Positions 8,984 through 17,975 are shown, counted from the stretch's first letter. The stretch: 35,669 nt of DNA from a virus (IMGVR_UViG_3300012667_000587:1-35669); one strand, 5' to 3'. Notes: generated by a model from the sequence alone, not told the origin. Program-made: numbers and translations.

Positions 8984-9343
8984 TGGAGATGCGCAGAATC
9001 GAACTGCGGTCTCTTATGTGTCCCTGGATCTGTTACGCTCATGACTGGTTTTATTCCTGCTGTCTTCAGGTATGCTTGTGCAGCTGTTACATGACTCGGC
9101 TAACTGCTACTGTACTAACCTTCCCTGTCACTTATACACCCAGGTATGTGTTTTAGAATATTAGGCTGCTATTGCTTCTTCAACATTAGCAAAACACATA
9201 TTTATGATACGTGCTCCTTCATTCTGACGTGCAACTTTTTCGTTGTTTACGGTTGTTGTTGGTATATTCGCTTTGAACTCACTACCATTGTTTGTTGCGC
9301 AGATTTTACTTACTCCATAAGATCAATAGCCTGAGCCATCCCC
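8984..9343 (-). ncRNA. ssrA: tmRNA
   Basis: 360 nt; GGGGATG pairs with CATCTCC-A including G3.U70; T arm CGCAG-TTCGATT-CTGCG; TCTTATG/CATAAGA helix 2; internal tag frame ending ...EEAIAA-TAA (stop 9161-9163). Confidence 0.92.
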
Positions 9344-9356
9344 GGTTATTGTTTTA

Positions 9357-9506
9357 CTAGTTTAAACCAAACAAAGATACACTAATTCCTGTATCAGTGG
9401 TAATATCTATCATGTAGTACAGCTGGTCATCTTCTGATAATGGCAGCATAAAACTCTCTATATCATACACACACCAGATGTTTAGGTACCTTTGTTTGGT
9501 TGTCAT
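9357..9506 (-). CDS. small hypothetical protein (49 aa, not in ORF track)
   Basis: MTTKQRYLNIWCVYDIESF...SVSLFGLN, TAG-TAA double stop, A-rich leader. Confidence 0.5.
   Translation of the reverse strand: MTTKQRYLNIWCVYDIESFMLPLSEDDQLYYMIDITTDTGISVSLFGLN
9372..9379 (-). promoter_or_regulatory. Bacteroidota -7 element TATCTTTG upstream of tmRNA
   Basis: Matches TAnnTTTG about 30 nt before the tmRNA 5' end; no clear -33. Confidence 0.5.
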
Positions 9507-9561
9507 TTTCTTGTGTTTTTATTATTGGTTATTATTATACATACTCAAAACAGCGAAAGAA

Positions 9562-9933
9562 TCACGCTTTTTTGTCTTCTTCCCATAGGTTTTCTAACAG
9601 AGTGAGTATCTTGTTAAACTCTTTAAACACTGGCTCTACCTTAGTACCACAGTTCTGTACACCCTCTTCTGTTACTAGAATAAACTCACGATCTACATCA
9701 TGTTTTTCACCCAGCTGGTCTATACAGCTGACAACATCTAGATTGAGGGTGATTATAGCTGTATTAACATCTGGATATGTTTTTACAAACTGCTCACACC
9801 ATTTGAATATATCTACTGCACCTAGATATTGCTCTGGGTATCTTATTACAGCACTGAACGATTGTGTTTCCAGTGTGCTTGTTCTGTATACCATCAGTTG
9901 AGAATGGCTACTACCTGTTATTACTGTTATCAT
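9562..9933 (-). CDS. hypothetical protein (weak resemblance to a degenerate ABC/AAA ATPase fragment)
   Basis: MITVITG.. start, YPEQYL, IITLN; no intact Walker A. Confidence 0.65.
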   Translation of the reverse strand: MITVITGSSHSQLMVYRTSTLETQSFSAVIRYPEQYLGAVDIFKWCEQFVKTYPDVNTAIITLNLDVVSCIDQLGEKHDVDREFILVTEEGVQNCGTKVEPVFKEFNKILTLLENLWEEDKKA

Positions 9934-10282
9934 CTTGTATGTTTATGATGTTACGATACTCTGTTATTATACTCTTACCCCAACCACATACTGTCACTGT
10001 GTATGTTTTACCAGTATCCAGTGACATAAACAGCTCACTATTGTTATAGGCACCGTTGATGAGACTGTTCTCTATTACGAATAGCTCTTTATCTGTTTTT
10101 ACTAGATACCGGTATTCAGTTGTTATATCTCCACCGGCACCTGTCATTCTTGTTTGTACCTGTTTACTCCTGATAGTACAGCTGATGGTTTCTTTTTTAG
10201 TATCGCCTATTATTGTTCTTATAGAAAACACTAGTATTATTAGAGTTATTATACCAGCTACTATGTATGTTCTGTTACGCAT
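9911..10282 (-). CDS. membrane-anchored beta-rich phage protein
   Basis: Start moved to ATG 10282 (MRNRTY); N-terminal TM then YLVKTD..F..ENS..N.S..F..L..GKTY.V.V.GW. Confidence 0.75.
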   Translation of the reverse strand: MRNRTYIVAGIITLIILVFSIRTIIGDTKKETISCTIRSKQVQTRMTGAGGDITTEYRYLVKTDKELFVIENSLINGAYNNSELFMSLDTGKTYTVTVCGWGKSIITEYRNIINIQDDNSNNR

Positions 10283-10311
10283 TGTTTTGTATTTTTTGTG
10301 TATGCTTATTG

Positions 10312-10500
10312 TTAGTTTTGCGTTTGTTTTAGTTCTACTACTCTCATTCTGCACCCCATGCTTATTATCATCTCTAGAATAAACTCAGCACTATTTTCAA
10401 TAGATTTTTCAAGATATACTATCTTATCTTCTAGCTGCTTTATTCTTTGTTCTTGATTGTCTATCTGTCTTTGGTAGGACATTTGTTCCAGTGTTGTCAT
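10312..10500 (-). CDS. small coiled-coil protein
   Basis: 62 aa with heptad pattern. Confidence 0.5.
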   Translation of the reverse strand: MTTLEQMSYQRQIDNQEQRIKQLEDKIVYLEKSIENSAEFILEMIISMGCRMRVVELKQTQN

Positions 10501-10792
10501 TTCGTTTTTGCTTAGCTTCGTTATATATTTCCATTGTAGCTTTTACTTTTTCTTGATCGTACTCAGGGCTGTATTGGTCTGCCTGCTCATACAATGCTAA
10601 CCTACACATTATACCATCAAGAATAGGATCTCTTATTTCTAGACATCTTTCAGCTACTTCTGCTAATATATTACCGAATATATTAATAGGTTGTTTCATT
10701 ACTCCAGACCCTTTGCCAGACATGTTTTCTCCTATTTCTTTTAGTAGAGCTGTTGTATTTACTTTCCATTCAACATATTCTATTTTATCCAT
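10424..10792 (-). CDS. hypothetical phage protein
   Basis: Start moved to ATG 10792 (MDKIEY); LAEVAERC..DP.L...RLALY. Confidence 0.75.
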   Translation of the reverse strand: MDKIEYVEWKVNTTALLKEIGENMSGKGSGVMKQPINIFGNILAEVAERCLEIRDPILDGIMCRLALYEQADQYSPEYDQEKVKATMEIYNEAKQKRNDNTGTNVLPKTDRQSRTKNKAARR

Positions 10793-10862
10793 TGTTGTTT
10801 TTGTTTTTAGAAAAAAGATAGGGTTTATAGGTACACGTATGAATGTTGTTACAGCTGGTCCA

Positions 10863-11315
10863 TTATTCTGGTTGAGCATCTGCTAGTGCTACGTATTGTA
10901 GTAGTTGTTCTTCTGTATACTCATCTGTTAGCCTAGGTAGAGGTATTGATCTTATTTCTTGAATAATAGCAATATCTTCCATTTCAGCATATTCATTGTA
11001 GCCAGCTACATCTCCTCTCCTTAGCATATTAATAGCAGACTCATAGTTATTTATTATAGGCTCTATATACTCTCTTTTTACTGATACATCCCCAGTCCAT
11101 GTAGGAAAAAACGGATCAGTACTACCTAATAATCTGCATATACTATTAGTAGCTGCACAGCCAAAACATATACCATTTCTATCTTTAGAACCAAAATTGT
11201 ACATATCTATCTGAGTCATAGGATTACGTAACCCTTCTACCATATTCATGATATGCTCTTTAGCTGTCATGCTTTTTATCTTTTCTGTCAGTGACAGAGT
11301 TTGTGTGTTTTTCAT
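10863..11315 (-). CDS. hypothetical protein
   Basis: 150 aa; ICFGCAAT motif. Confidence 0.75.
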   Translation of the reverse strand: MKNTQTLSLTEKIKSMTAKEHIMNMVEGLRNPMTQIDMYNFGSKDRNGICFGCAATNSICRLLGSTDPFFPTWTGDVSVKREYIEPIINNYESAINMLRRGDVAGYNEYAEMEDIAIIQEIRSIPLPRLTDEYTEEQLLQYVALADAQPE

Positions 11316-11334
11316 TGTTTCTGTTTTTGTTTTG

Positions 11335-11691
11335 TTATGATTGTTGTTCCATTTCAGCTATAATAGCTGTGAGTACTGCTACTCTCCAGGCATTCTTTGT
11401 GTTGTATTCCATCTGGTTATTCTTATGATGATAATAAACATCAAACTCTGGAAAATAATTAGTAGTATACCACCAATAGAATCTTTTACCTTCATTGTCT
11501 ATCCAATCATGCATGTAGTTTTTTACACCTAGCCATATACAAGGCAATACTATACAGAGGCCATAATAACATTCTCCTTGTTCTTCTGAGGTTAGGCCAA
11601 ACACCTGTTTTCCTTCTTTTATTAATCTCAGTGCTTCTTTGTATATACTCAACCTAACTTGTGGATCTTTAATATCTTGTGTTGTTTTCAT
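11335..11691 (-). CDS. hypothetical protein (GLC...FPEF...R..hL type)
   Basis: Start moved to ATG 11691 (MKTTQD). Confidence 0.7.
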   Translation of the reverse strand: MKTTQDIKDPQVRLSIYKEALRLIKEGKQVFGLTSEEQGECYYGLCIVLPCIWLGVKNYMHDWIDNEGKRFYWWYTTNYFPEFDVYYHHKNNQMEYNTKNAWRVAVLTAIIAEMEQQS

Positions 11692-11701
11692 TATTCTGTT
11701 T

Positions 11702-11986
11702 TTATACGATTGTGAGTTTTTTCCACTCAGAGTCAGTTCTCTTATGGGTTTCATTCCATTTTCTACTATAGACTGTATAACCAGCTGCCTGTATTATTGG
11801 TACCTTGCTTTTTCCTTTTGTTTCTCTTTTAGGGATACCCAACAGTCTGCTGCAGCATTGTTTTAGTGCGTGTCTACCTTCTAGCACTGTCTTACCTGTT
11901 TTATCTACTACTTTGTACAGAGTATGAATACAGTCTTTTGTATTCTCTTTAATATCGTAGTAGTCGTCCCAATATCCGCTATACAT
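11702..11986 (-). CDS. hypothetical basic protein
   Basis: 94 aa ORF in gene run. Confidence 0.55.
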   Translation of the reverse strand: MYSGYWDDYYDIKENTKDCIHTLYKVVDKTGKTVLEGRHALKQCCSRLLGIPKRETKGKSKVPIIQAAGYTVYSRKWNETHKRTDSEWKKLTIV

Positions 11987-12012
11987 TATTCTGTTTTATA
12001 CTGTTATGAATG

Positions 12013-12040
12013 AGCAGCTGGTGTATTATTACCAGCTGCT
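12013..12040. other. intergenic hairpin built from two CAGCTG sites
   Basis: AGCAGCTGGT-N8-ACCAGCTGCT. Confidence 0.6.
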
Positions 12041-12051
12041 GTGTTGTTTGG

Positions 12052-12666
12052 TTACTTCAAAGATTTTATAGCATCTTCTACCCACTGATTAGCATCTTTT
12101 ACTCTTATTAGTTCTTTCTGCCAGTTTTCAGAGTGATAGCCTATAGAACGTTGTATGGTTTCTGTTCTATCTTCTCTTACTTCAACAGCTGACAGCTTCT
12201 GTATAGCTTTTTTCAGGTTTGCTATCTCTTTATCATGATACTCAGAGTCACCATCCCATTTTATAGTTTCTGTTAGCTGTTGTTTCAAAAACGCTTTGTA
12301 TTCCTCGTGGTCTTCTGTTGGTGGAACATATTCTTCAGCTTGTTTCAGAAAAGACTCTAGCTTCTTCCTTGTCTCTTCTACTTCTTGTTTTTTGCTTTTG
12401 TGGTAGTCTATAGATTTCTCTAGATCCTTTCTAGTCTCTATTAACAGCTGTTCATCTGTTGTTTTGTTGAGTTCCAACAAGCTCTTATGCTCTTCTTGGA
12501 GTCTTTTTTGATGATACGTATCTACTTCTCTTGGTTTATACGAACTGTTCATGCTATTATCTCTCATATGAATAGCAGCACCAAAGGCTCTTATACACTG
12601 TGTAGCGTATTCTTTGAATGTTTTTATAGAGCCATCTATTATTCCTTGTGTGTATCCGGTCGGCAT
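12052..12666 (-). CDS. phage coiled-coil protein (MPTGYT type)
   Basis: MPTGYT...TFKEYA..C.RAFGA.I.MRD N-terminus. Confidence 0.85.
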   Translation of the reverse strand: MPTGYTQGIIDGSIKTFKEYATQCIRAFGAAIHMRDNSMNSSYKPREVDTYHQKRLQEEHKSLLELNKTTDEQLLIETRKDLEKSIDYHKSKKQEVEETRKKLESFLKQAEEYVPPTEDHEEYKAFLKQQLTETIKWDGDSEYHDKEIANLKKAIQKLSAVEVREDRTETIQRSIGYHSENWQKELIRVKDANQWVEDAIKSLK

Positions 12667-12693
12667 TATTATAGTTTTTATTGATGAATAATA

Positions 12694-13182
12694 TTATTGA
12701 GCATAGTCGTATCTAGATAGAGGATTAGTATCTCTCCAAGCTATAGGATGTAATATTATATTCTTATGCTGTTCTTTTCTAACAGCATTAGGTTGGGTGA
12801 GTCCTGGTCTATTGTGGTCTTCTGCTAGTGCTAATCTACTAGTGTTGAATGCAATGAGCTCATTGAACCTAACAGCTGGTATGTATGGTACTATCACCAC
12901 TACTTCTTGGTCTCCTAACCTCTGTAGCTGTTGACTATTAGCATATCGGATAGCTAGTTGCAGACCCAGTTTTGTTGTAGCTGGTCGTATTTTAGTCTTG
13001 TGATTAATAGCTTTATTCACTGCTTTACTCACACTCTCAGGACACATGCCTTCACCTAGTAGATACTTCACCAGTACTGAACGTTCTTTGAATATAGCTA
13101 TACATTCTGGTACAGCTGTATTGTATATGGCTATTGGTGCCATGTTAGATAGTGCTTCTTGAATACTGTGTGTGTTTTTCAT
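12694..13182 (-). CDS. hypothetical protein
   Basis: 162 aa, ATG, A-rich leader. Confidence 0.65.
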   Translation of the reverse strand: MKNTHSIQEALSNMAPIAIYNTAVPECIAIFKERSVLVKYLLGEGMCPESVSKAVNKAINHKTKIRPATTKLGLQLAIRYANSQQLQRLGDQEVVVIVPYIPAVRFNELIAFNTSRLALAEDHNRPGLTQPNAVRKEQHKNIILHPIAWRDTNPLSRYDYAQ

Positions 13183-13204
13183 ACGTTGTTTGTTTTTGAT
13201 TATT

Positions 13205-13412
13205 TAACGAATATACTAATAACCAGCTGCAATCATGTCAGTGAGAAGGTGCAGAACCCTTTCTTTTGGTGTTTCTTCTGTGTACCTATCTGAGGCATAA
13301 TCATTGTCATTTATAGCTGTTAGTGGGTCTTTACCATTGTAGTTTATTTATGTAGCCCAATCTTTCTTTATAAACGCTTCTACTGCATCTCTGAAAATAG
13401 CTTCTGTTGCAT
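13205..13412 (-). pseudogene. possible decayed small gene
   Basis: Canonical leader and ATG at 13412, then stops in all frames around a protein-like stretch (INYNGKDPLTAINDNDYASDRYTEETPKERVLHLLTDMIAAGY). Confidence 0.35.
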
Positions 13413-13432
13413 TGTTGTGTTTTTGATTGTGA

Positions 13433-13627
13433 TTAATAAGAACCTCCTATTGTTTTTGGTAAGCATTTTACTAGTTGTATTAGTTCTTCACTGTTTAGTG
13501 TCATGGTTACACCGTCTTTAGTGATGTACATTGTAAGACCTTCTGACCAGTGAGTGTACTTGTTAGCTTCAGTATCTTCTAATGTTACTACTGATACTAC
13601 TGAGAAACCAGAATCATTGTCTGTCAT
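13433..13627 (-). CDS. hypothetical protein
   Basis: 64 aa, ATGA overlap. Confidence 0.65.
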   Translation of the reverse strand: MTDNDSGFSVVSVVTLEDTEANKYTHWSEGLTMYITKDGVTMTLNSEELIQLVKCLPKTIGGSY

Positions 13628-13908
13628 CTTGTAGATAGTTTATGTGGGTGAACTTTCGATTGCTCATTACCTTCAGCTGTTATAGGAGTTTCGTCTAGCC
13701 AACATAGTTCCATTATTTTCTTGTTTCTACGTTCTAATATACCAGCTATCAGATCATCTTGTTCTTGTTCTGTGAGTGTGATAGCACTAGTAGTATTGAA
13801 CAGATCATCAGATATAATCATCATTATTTTGTTATTGTCTTCTACTGCTAATAGGTCTATTATACTACTTTTTTCTTGCAGCTGTTGTGAATAATAATGA
13901 TTAGTCAT
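13624..13908 (-). CDS. hypothetical protein
   Basis: 94 aa, coupled to neighbours. Confidence 0.65.
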   Translation of the reverse strand: MTNHYYSQQLQEKSSIIDLLAVEDNNKIMMIISDDLFNTTSAITLTEQEQDDLIAGILERRNKKIMELCWLDETPITAEGNEQSKVHPHKLSTR

Positions 13909-14239
13909 TGTTTTCGTTTTTGAATGTTTTTAGAATATCTACTCTAGTTTGTAGAGCTGTTATGATGTCAGGTATGGTTTCACAGTCATTTGGAGAGTCT
14001 GCTATATACAGTTTTTTGCTATTTTTTCTGACTTCTGATTTTATCCATTTGCAGTCATATACATCCTGGTTGAATATCTGTATAGCAACATAACACAAGC
14101 CAACACATGTTTTATATTGTTTACTGCTGCATAGTTTTTTTGCATCTAGTATAGCATCACATTCTTTTACCTCACTAATACACTGCTCATAGTGTTCTAT
14201 CAGCTGTTTAGCCAGCTGTTCTGTCATTAGTATTGCCAT
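13901..14239 (-). CDS. hypothetical protein (GLC...R..IL type)
   Basis: Start moved to ATG 14239 (MAILMTEQ). Confidence 0.7.
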   Translation of the reverse strand: MAILMTEQLAKQLIEHYEQCISEVKECDAILDAKKLCSSKQYKTCVGLCYVAIQIFNQDVYDCKWIKSEVRKNSKKLYIADSPNDCETIPDIITALQTRVDILKTFKNENND

Positions 14240-14261
14240 TGTTTTGTGTTTTATATTGTTA

Positions 14262-14507
14262 CTATGCCTGATACTCAGGTTGAGGATTAGGTATTTCTTT
14301 CCATACAGGAGTGTTTTCTTCATTGGCTACAACACCTTCGTAATAACGATCTATTGTAACAGCTCTTGTATAGGGATGAGGTTTATGTACCCAATCTTCT
14401 CCTAACCCATGATCTTGTGACCAGGAATTTGTCACAAAAAACTCTCCAGTATTTACATTAGATATTACGTTTGTTGTTTGTTTTATTCTTTCTGATGGCC
14501 AGCTCAT
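14262..14507 (-). CDS. hypothetical protein
   Basis: 81 aa. Confidence 0.65.
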   Translation of the reverse strand: MSWPSERIKQTTNVISNVNTGEFFVTNSWSQDHGLGEDWVHKPHPYTRAVTIDRYYEGVVANEENTPVWKEIPNPQPEYQA

Positions 14508-14509
14508 TG

Positions 14510-14770
14510 TTATTTCTTTTTAGAGTGTTTACGATTGTATATCTTAATAGCTGCTTTCTTATTAGGAGCTTGTATCTCTACACCATGTATTGTGAATGTG
14601 TATAGTTGTTCTTTATTGTGTATTAGAATATCACGACCAGCTATCACATCTATATCGGATGGATCAATACGCTCTTTACTATCAGTGTCCATATAAGGAT
14701 TAACCATTGGATTCATTGTAAGTTCTATTGCAGATAACATTAATAATTTGCTCATTACTGATCTATTCAT
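14510..14770 (-). CDS. hypothetical protein
   Basis: FTIHGVEIQAPNKKAAIK C-terminal motif. Confidence 0.7.
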   Translation of the reverse strand: MNRSVMSKLLMLSAIELTMNPMVNPYMDTDSKERIDPSDIDVIAGRDILIHNKEQLYTFTIHGVEIQAPNKKAAIKIYNRKHSKKK

Positions 14771-14809
14771 TGTGTTTGTGTTTTAGTTTGTGATTAATAT
14801 TATTACATC

Positions 14810-14861
14810 AGCTACATAGTAATAATGATAGAGTTGTACCTACCATTATTACCAGCTAGCT
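14810..14861 (-). other. long intergenic hairpin
   Basis: Minus strand GGTAATAATGGTAG / CTATCATTATTACT (with G-U pairs), closed by AGCTA/TAGCT. Confidence 0.6.
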
Positions 14862-14869
14862 GTGTTATT

Positions 14870-15079
14870 TTAGCTTAATTGTTCAAAACTAGCTATACTA
14901 TCTTTTACAGTAACAACTACTTTTATACCAATACCTTTTACTCCTTCTTCTGTAGAGAGTTCGTATTTTTTGTTTAGATAGTTTACTGTTATTTTGTATC
15001 CTCCCCAATCTCCTATATATAAACCATCCGGTATTGTAGAATCTTGTGGTAATATCTCTTTTATTGCTGTTATTTTCAT
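14870..15079 (-). CDS. hypothetical protein
   Basis: Start moved to ATG 15079 (MKITAIKE); the upstream extension is structured non-coding sequence. Confidence 0.7.
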   Translation of the reverse strand: MKITAIKEILPQDSTIPDGLYIGDWGGYKITVNYLNKKYELSTEEGVKGIGIKVVVTVKDSIASFEQLS

Positions 15080-15105
15080 TGTTAGTTGTTTTAGATTGTT
15101 ATAAA

Positions 15106-15237
15106 AATACCTATAGATGAGTATAGAACATGGTCCATTGGGCTTAGACTCTTGTTTGAGTCCCTGCTGAACGCATTCAACATAGGGATTAGGCCATAAT
15201 GGCACCTGTGACCAGACCATACCCATCTATAGGCATT
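15106..15237 (-). ncRNA. candidate multi-stem structured RNA
   Basis: About 19-bp closing stem AATGCCTATAGATGGGTAT / ATACTCATCTATAGGTATT enclosing GGTC/GACC, CCCT..TGTTGAA-TGCG-TTCAGCAGGG and GACTC-AAACAA-GAGTC. Confidence 0.6.
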
Positions 15238-15272
15238 GATTGTTTTGTGTGTGAGTATTATTATACAGCTGG

Positions 15273-15845
15273 TTATCTTAGTATGTTGTCTATATGCATC
15301 CACATTGGTTCCAGTTCACAATCAGTTACACTAGGTACACCTGTATATAGCTTTTCAAAGAACTGATTATGTTCTTTTCTGTACATATCAACCATACTAC
15401 TATTAGTGAGTATACCATACTCTATATTAGCAATACGGTCACATAGTTTTACGAATAAAGCACCAGGCACTGTTCTAATATCACTGTAACATTCTTCTGT
15501 CATTCTCTCGGATCTGTTTCTTCCCCGGCCCACATTGGTACATGCTCTTACTATTTCAGCTACAGCTGTAGGATCTGTGTGTATTGCTATTTTTGTATGT
15601 TCCATACGTAGTGCATTAACCACATCATTGTATGTACATCTACAATCTTCTATTGTATCATGTAACCAACATGCAGCTATTACTCTTCGTTTCATATCTC
15701 CTTCTACCAGATGTATGAATCTATTAGCTACTCCTACTACCTGACGTAGATGATACTCATACGGTAGGTAGCTGTCGTACATATGATTAGTATTACTGTG
15801 AACAGTTACAGCATATTGTCTAGCTTTTGTTTCTATTGTGTGCAT
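15273..15845 (-). CDS. HD-domain hydrolase, RelA/SpoT hydrolase (small alarmone hydrolase)-like
   Basis: PYEYHL, AACWLHDTIED, VKLCDRIAN motifs. Confidence 0.85.
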   Translation of the reverse strand: MHTIETKARQYAVTVHSNTNHMYDSYLPYEYHLRQVVGVANRFIHLVEGDMKRRVIAACWLHDTIEDCRCTYNDVVNALRMEHTKIAIHTDPTAVAEIVRACTNVGRGRNRSERMTEECYSDIRTVPGALFVKLCDRIANIEYGILTNSSMVDMYRKEHNQFFEKLYTGVPSVTDCELEPMWMHIDNILR

Positions 15846-15882
15846 TGTATTTTGTTTTTATATTGTTACTATTATTGTATTA

Positions 15883-16245
15883 TTATTCAACCAATCTAAT
15901 GTTCAATGGATTACAGTATAATATCTGACCATCATCACATATGACAGCTATAGGCATAGTTATCTCAACATTCCAGTTGTCTCTAATACCAGTAGTCTGC
16001 ATACTATCTGTCTTTACTATACGGCCTTGTCTAGGAGTATAATCATTAAGAGATGTACCAGCTGGATACTTAGCAGTCCACTCATCATCTCTGAGTCCTA
16101 CAGTATTGATATGACAATCAGCTAGACCACTGTTATCTACGAATACTACTCTATCATCTATAGATGCTTCTATAGTATGACATTCTCTAGAGGTTTCTTT
16201 GTTGTTATCATTGTATCTTATCCAATATCCTGTTATTGTATTCAT
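15883..16245 (-). CDS. hypothetical protein
   Basis: 120 aa. Confidence 0.65.
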   Translation of the reverse strand: MNTITGYWIRYNDNNKETSRECHTIEASIDDRVVFVDNSGLADCHINTVGLRDDEWTAKYPAGTSLNDYTPRQGRIVKTDSMQTTGIRDNWNVEITMPIAVICDDGQILYCNPLNIRLVE

Positions 16246-16273
16246 GTTTGTGTGTTTTAGATTGTTAGTATTG

Positions 16274-16864
16274 TTACGGAATATATAATATAGTAGGATT
16301 ATCTTTATGTATGTCTATTTTTGTTAGACCAGCTGCCTGAATATTGAATGGCTTTGTTATTATGTGGTAACCATTCTTTGTTGGTAATACTGTTATTATC
16401 TTATCACCCGTAGGATCTACAGATGTCAGTTTGTATGCAATGTCTAATACATTAGTAGCTGATTCTTTTGTATCTAACGGATCATCAATGTCCAGTATCC
16501 ATTTCTTATTAGTCTCACTACTATGAGCACCACATACAGACTCATATGCTTTCCTAACAGACCTATAATCTTTATTGAGTAGCTGGTCAGTAACCTTACG
16601 TAGTGTATGATATGCTAACCTCTCATAGGATCTTCTATTGAGGTTGATACAAGCACGAGCACTATGATAGTTACACAGTAGTATTATCTCATCTAGTTTC
16701 TTATGTAGGTACTCTATTGAGGATATATAGTACGTCTTAATAACCATACTATTACTACCCAGCTCTGGATGTTCTTTCTTTCTCTTTAATATCTGTAGAT
16801 GATAGAACGTATCATTACCATCGAATACCAGTAGTGGTATTATTAGTTCAGTATTGTTGACCAT
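16274..16864 (-). CDS. phage protein with AEP (archaeo-eukaryotic primase)-like motifs
   Basis: WILDIDD (motif I hhhDhD) and PTKNGYH (motif II); function inferred. Confidence 0.6.
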   Translation of the reverse strand: MVNNTELIIPLLVFDGNDTFYHLQILKRKKEHPELGSNSMVIKTYYISSIEYLHKKLDEIILLCNYHSARACINLNRRSYERLAYHTLRKVTDQLLNKDYRSVRKAYESVCGAHSSETNKKWILDIDDPLDTKESATNVLDIAYKLTSVDPTGDKIITVLPTKNGYHIITKPFNIQAAGLTKIDIHKDNPTILYIP

Positions 16865-16875
16865 TGTATTGTTGT

Positions 16876-17319
16876 TTATTGTGTGTTGAGTATCTCTATT
16901 AGTTTATCAGCAGCTGTATCATCAAGACCAATCTTCCAATCAGTCTGTACATAACGAGACAGCTGGGCAGGTAACATATCACTATCATCATCTACAATAG
17001 CATAAGAGATTATCTCAGGATGTTCAGATAGATATTGCTGTATCTCATAACCTCTCTGTTTATGTAGAATAGGAGTATAGTCCCACGTACCAGGATATAC
17101 TAACCCAGCACGAGTGAGTACTGGTATTATATCATCTCTGTGTACTTTTCTCCATGTAGAAGATACCACTATACCACAACCAGTTTCTTTTATTACTCTA
17201 CTGAGTATAGCAACAGCTATAGGATCTACCTGAGTGTATAGTCCACCTTTTTCTGGTCTATTAACAAACCAGTGCTCACTATTAAGAACACCATCTATAT
17301 CAAGGAATAGTACTTTCAT
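16876..17319 (-). CDS. HAD phosphatase, Swiss-Army-Knife RNA-repair-like
   Basis: VLFLDIDGVL, IVVSSTWR, RGYEI, YAIVDDDSD. Confidence 0.88.
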   Translation of the reverse strand: MKVLFLDIDGVLNSEHWFVNRPEKGGLYTQVDPIAVAILSRVIKETGCGIVVSSTWRKVHRDDIIPVLTRAGLVYPGTWDYTPILHKQRGYEIQQYLSEHPEIISYAIVDDDSDMLPAQLSRYVQTDWKIGLDDTAADKLIEILNTQ

Positions 17320-17583
17320 CTAGTATCCGAATATTTTATTTATTGATGAGTCTAATGGTTTTCTATTTGCTTCCCTACTGTATTCTTCATTAGTATACCT
17401 AAAACAATGTAGAATATACTTTCCCCATATATAATACTCATCATAATGCTCTTCCATATCTTCATCTTTAGGATTATATTGAGAATGAATAAGAATAGCA
17501 TCTGTAAGAGGACTATGTTTATTGTCTGGTTGATATTCATCCAGGTATATTTTATTGATCTTCATTGTACTTGTATTAACCAT
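17320..17583 (-). CDS. hypothetical protein
   Basis: 87 aa, long A/C leader, stop abuts next ATG. Confidence 0.6.
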   Translation of the reverse strand: MVNTSTMKINKIYLDEYQPDNKHSPLTDAILIHSQYNPKDEDMEEHYDEYYIWGKYILHCFRYTNEEYSREANRKPLDSSINKIFGY

Positions 17584-17975
17584 GTTTGTGTTGTTTATTG
17601 TTGTTTATTGTTGTTATTACTGTTGTGTATTTGTATTAGGTAATATTGTATGTGTCATAGTTATTAGTCAAAGAACTAAGGACAGAAAAAAGCCGAAAAA
17701 GAATAGTTATAAAGCAAAGAAAGAAAATAGCAAAAAAGGACAGATAGAATAGTCCCCATCACACTCTCCTTCACATTCATAATATTTTCACCCCTATACA
17801 TATTATATTTCACTTTAATACCTGCAGCTGTTATATTGTGCTAGCTGTTGTGTCAATCGGGACTCTTGCCTTACTTAATCTTACATGTGATCGGGTTTTT
17901 AGCTACTATTAATCATTACTAGATAGTTACATAGAGAGAAGGAATACAGTACTGGTGCGGCTTTCAGCGGTTTTC

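Noticed and set aside
8782-9334. ORF-track ORFs 8782-9042, 8953-9156 and 9146-9334
   Set aside because: They overlap the tRNA-like gene and tmRNA
17584-17650. Tandem TTGTTTATTG-type repeats as a CRISPR or mini-array
   Set aside because: Short low-complexity leader sequence with no spacers; no CRISPR array seen anywhere in the window
63-17752. Plus-strand ORFs in the left arm (and minus-strand ORFs such as 23715-24083, 31871-32218, 34810-35070 in the right arm)
   Set aside because: Antisense shadows of better-supported genes, with no motifs or leaders
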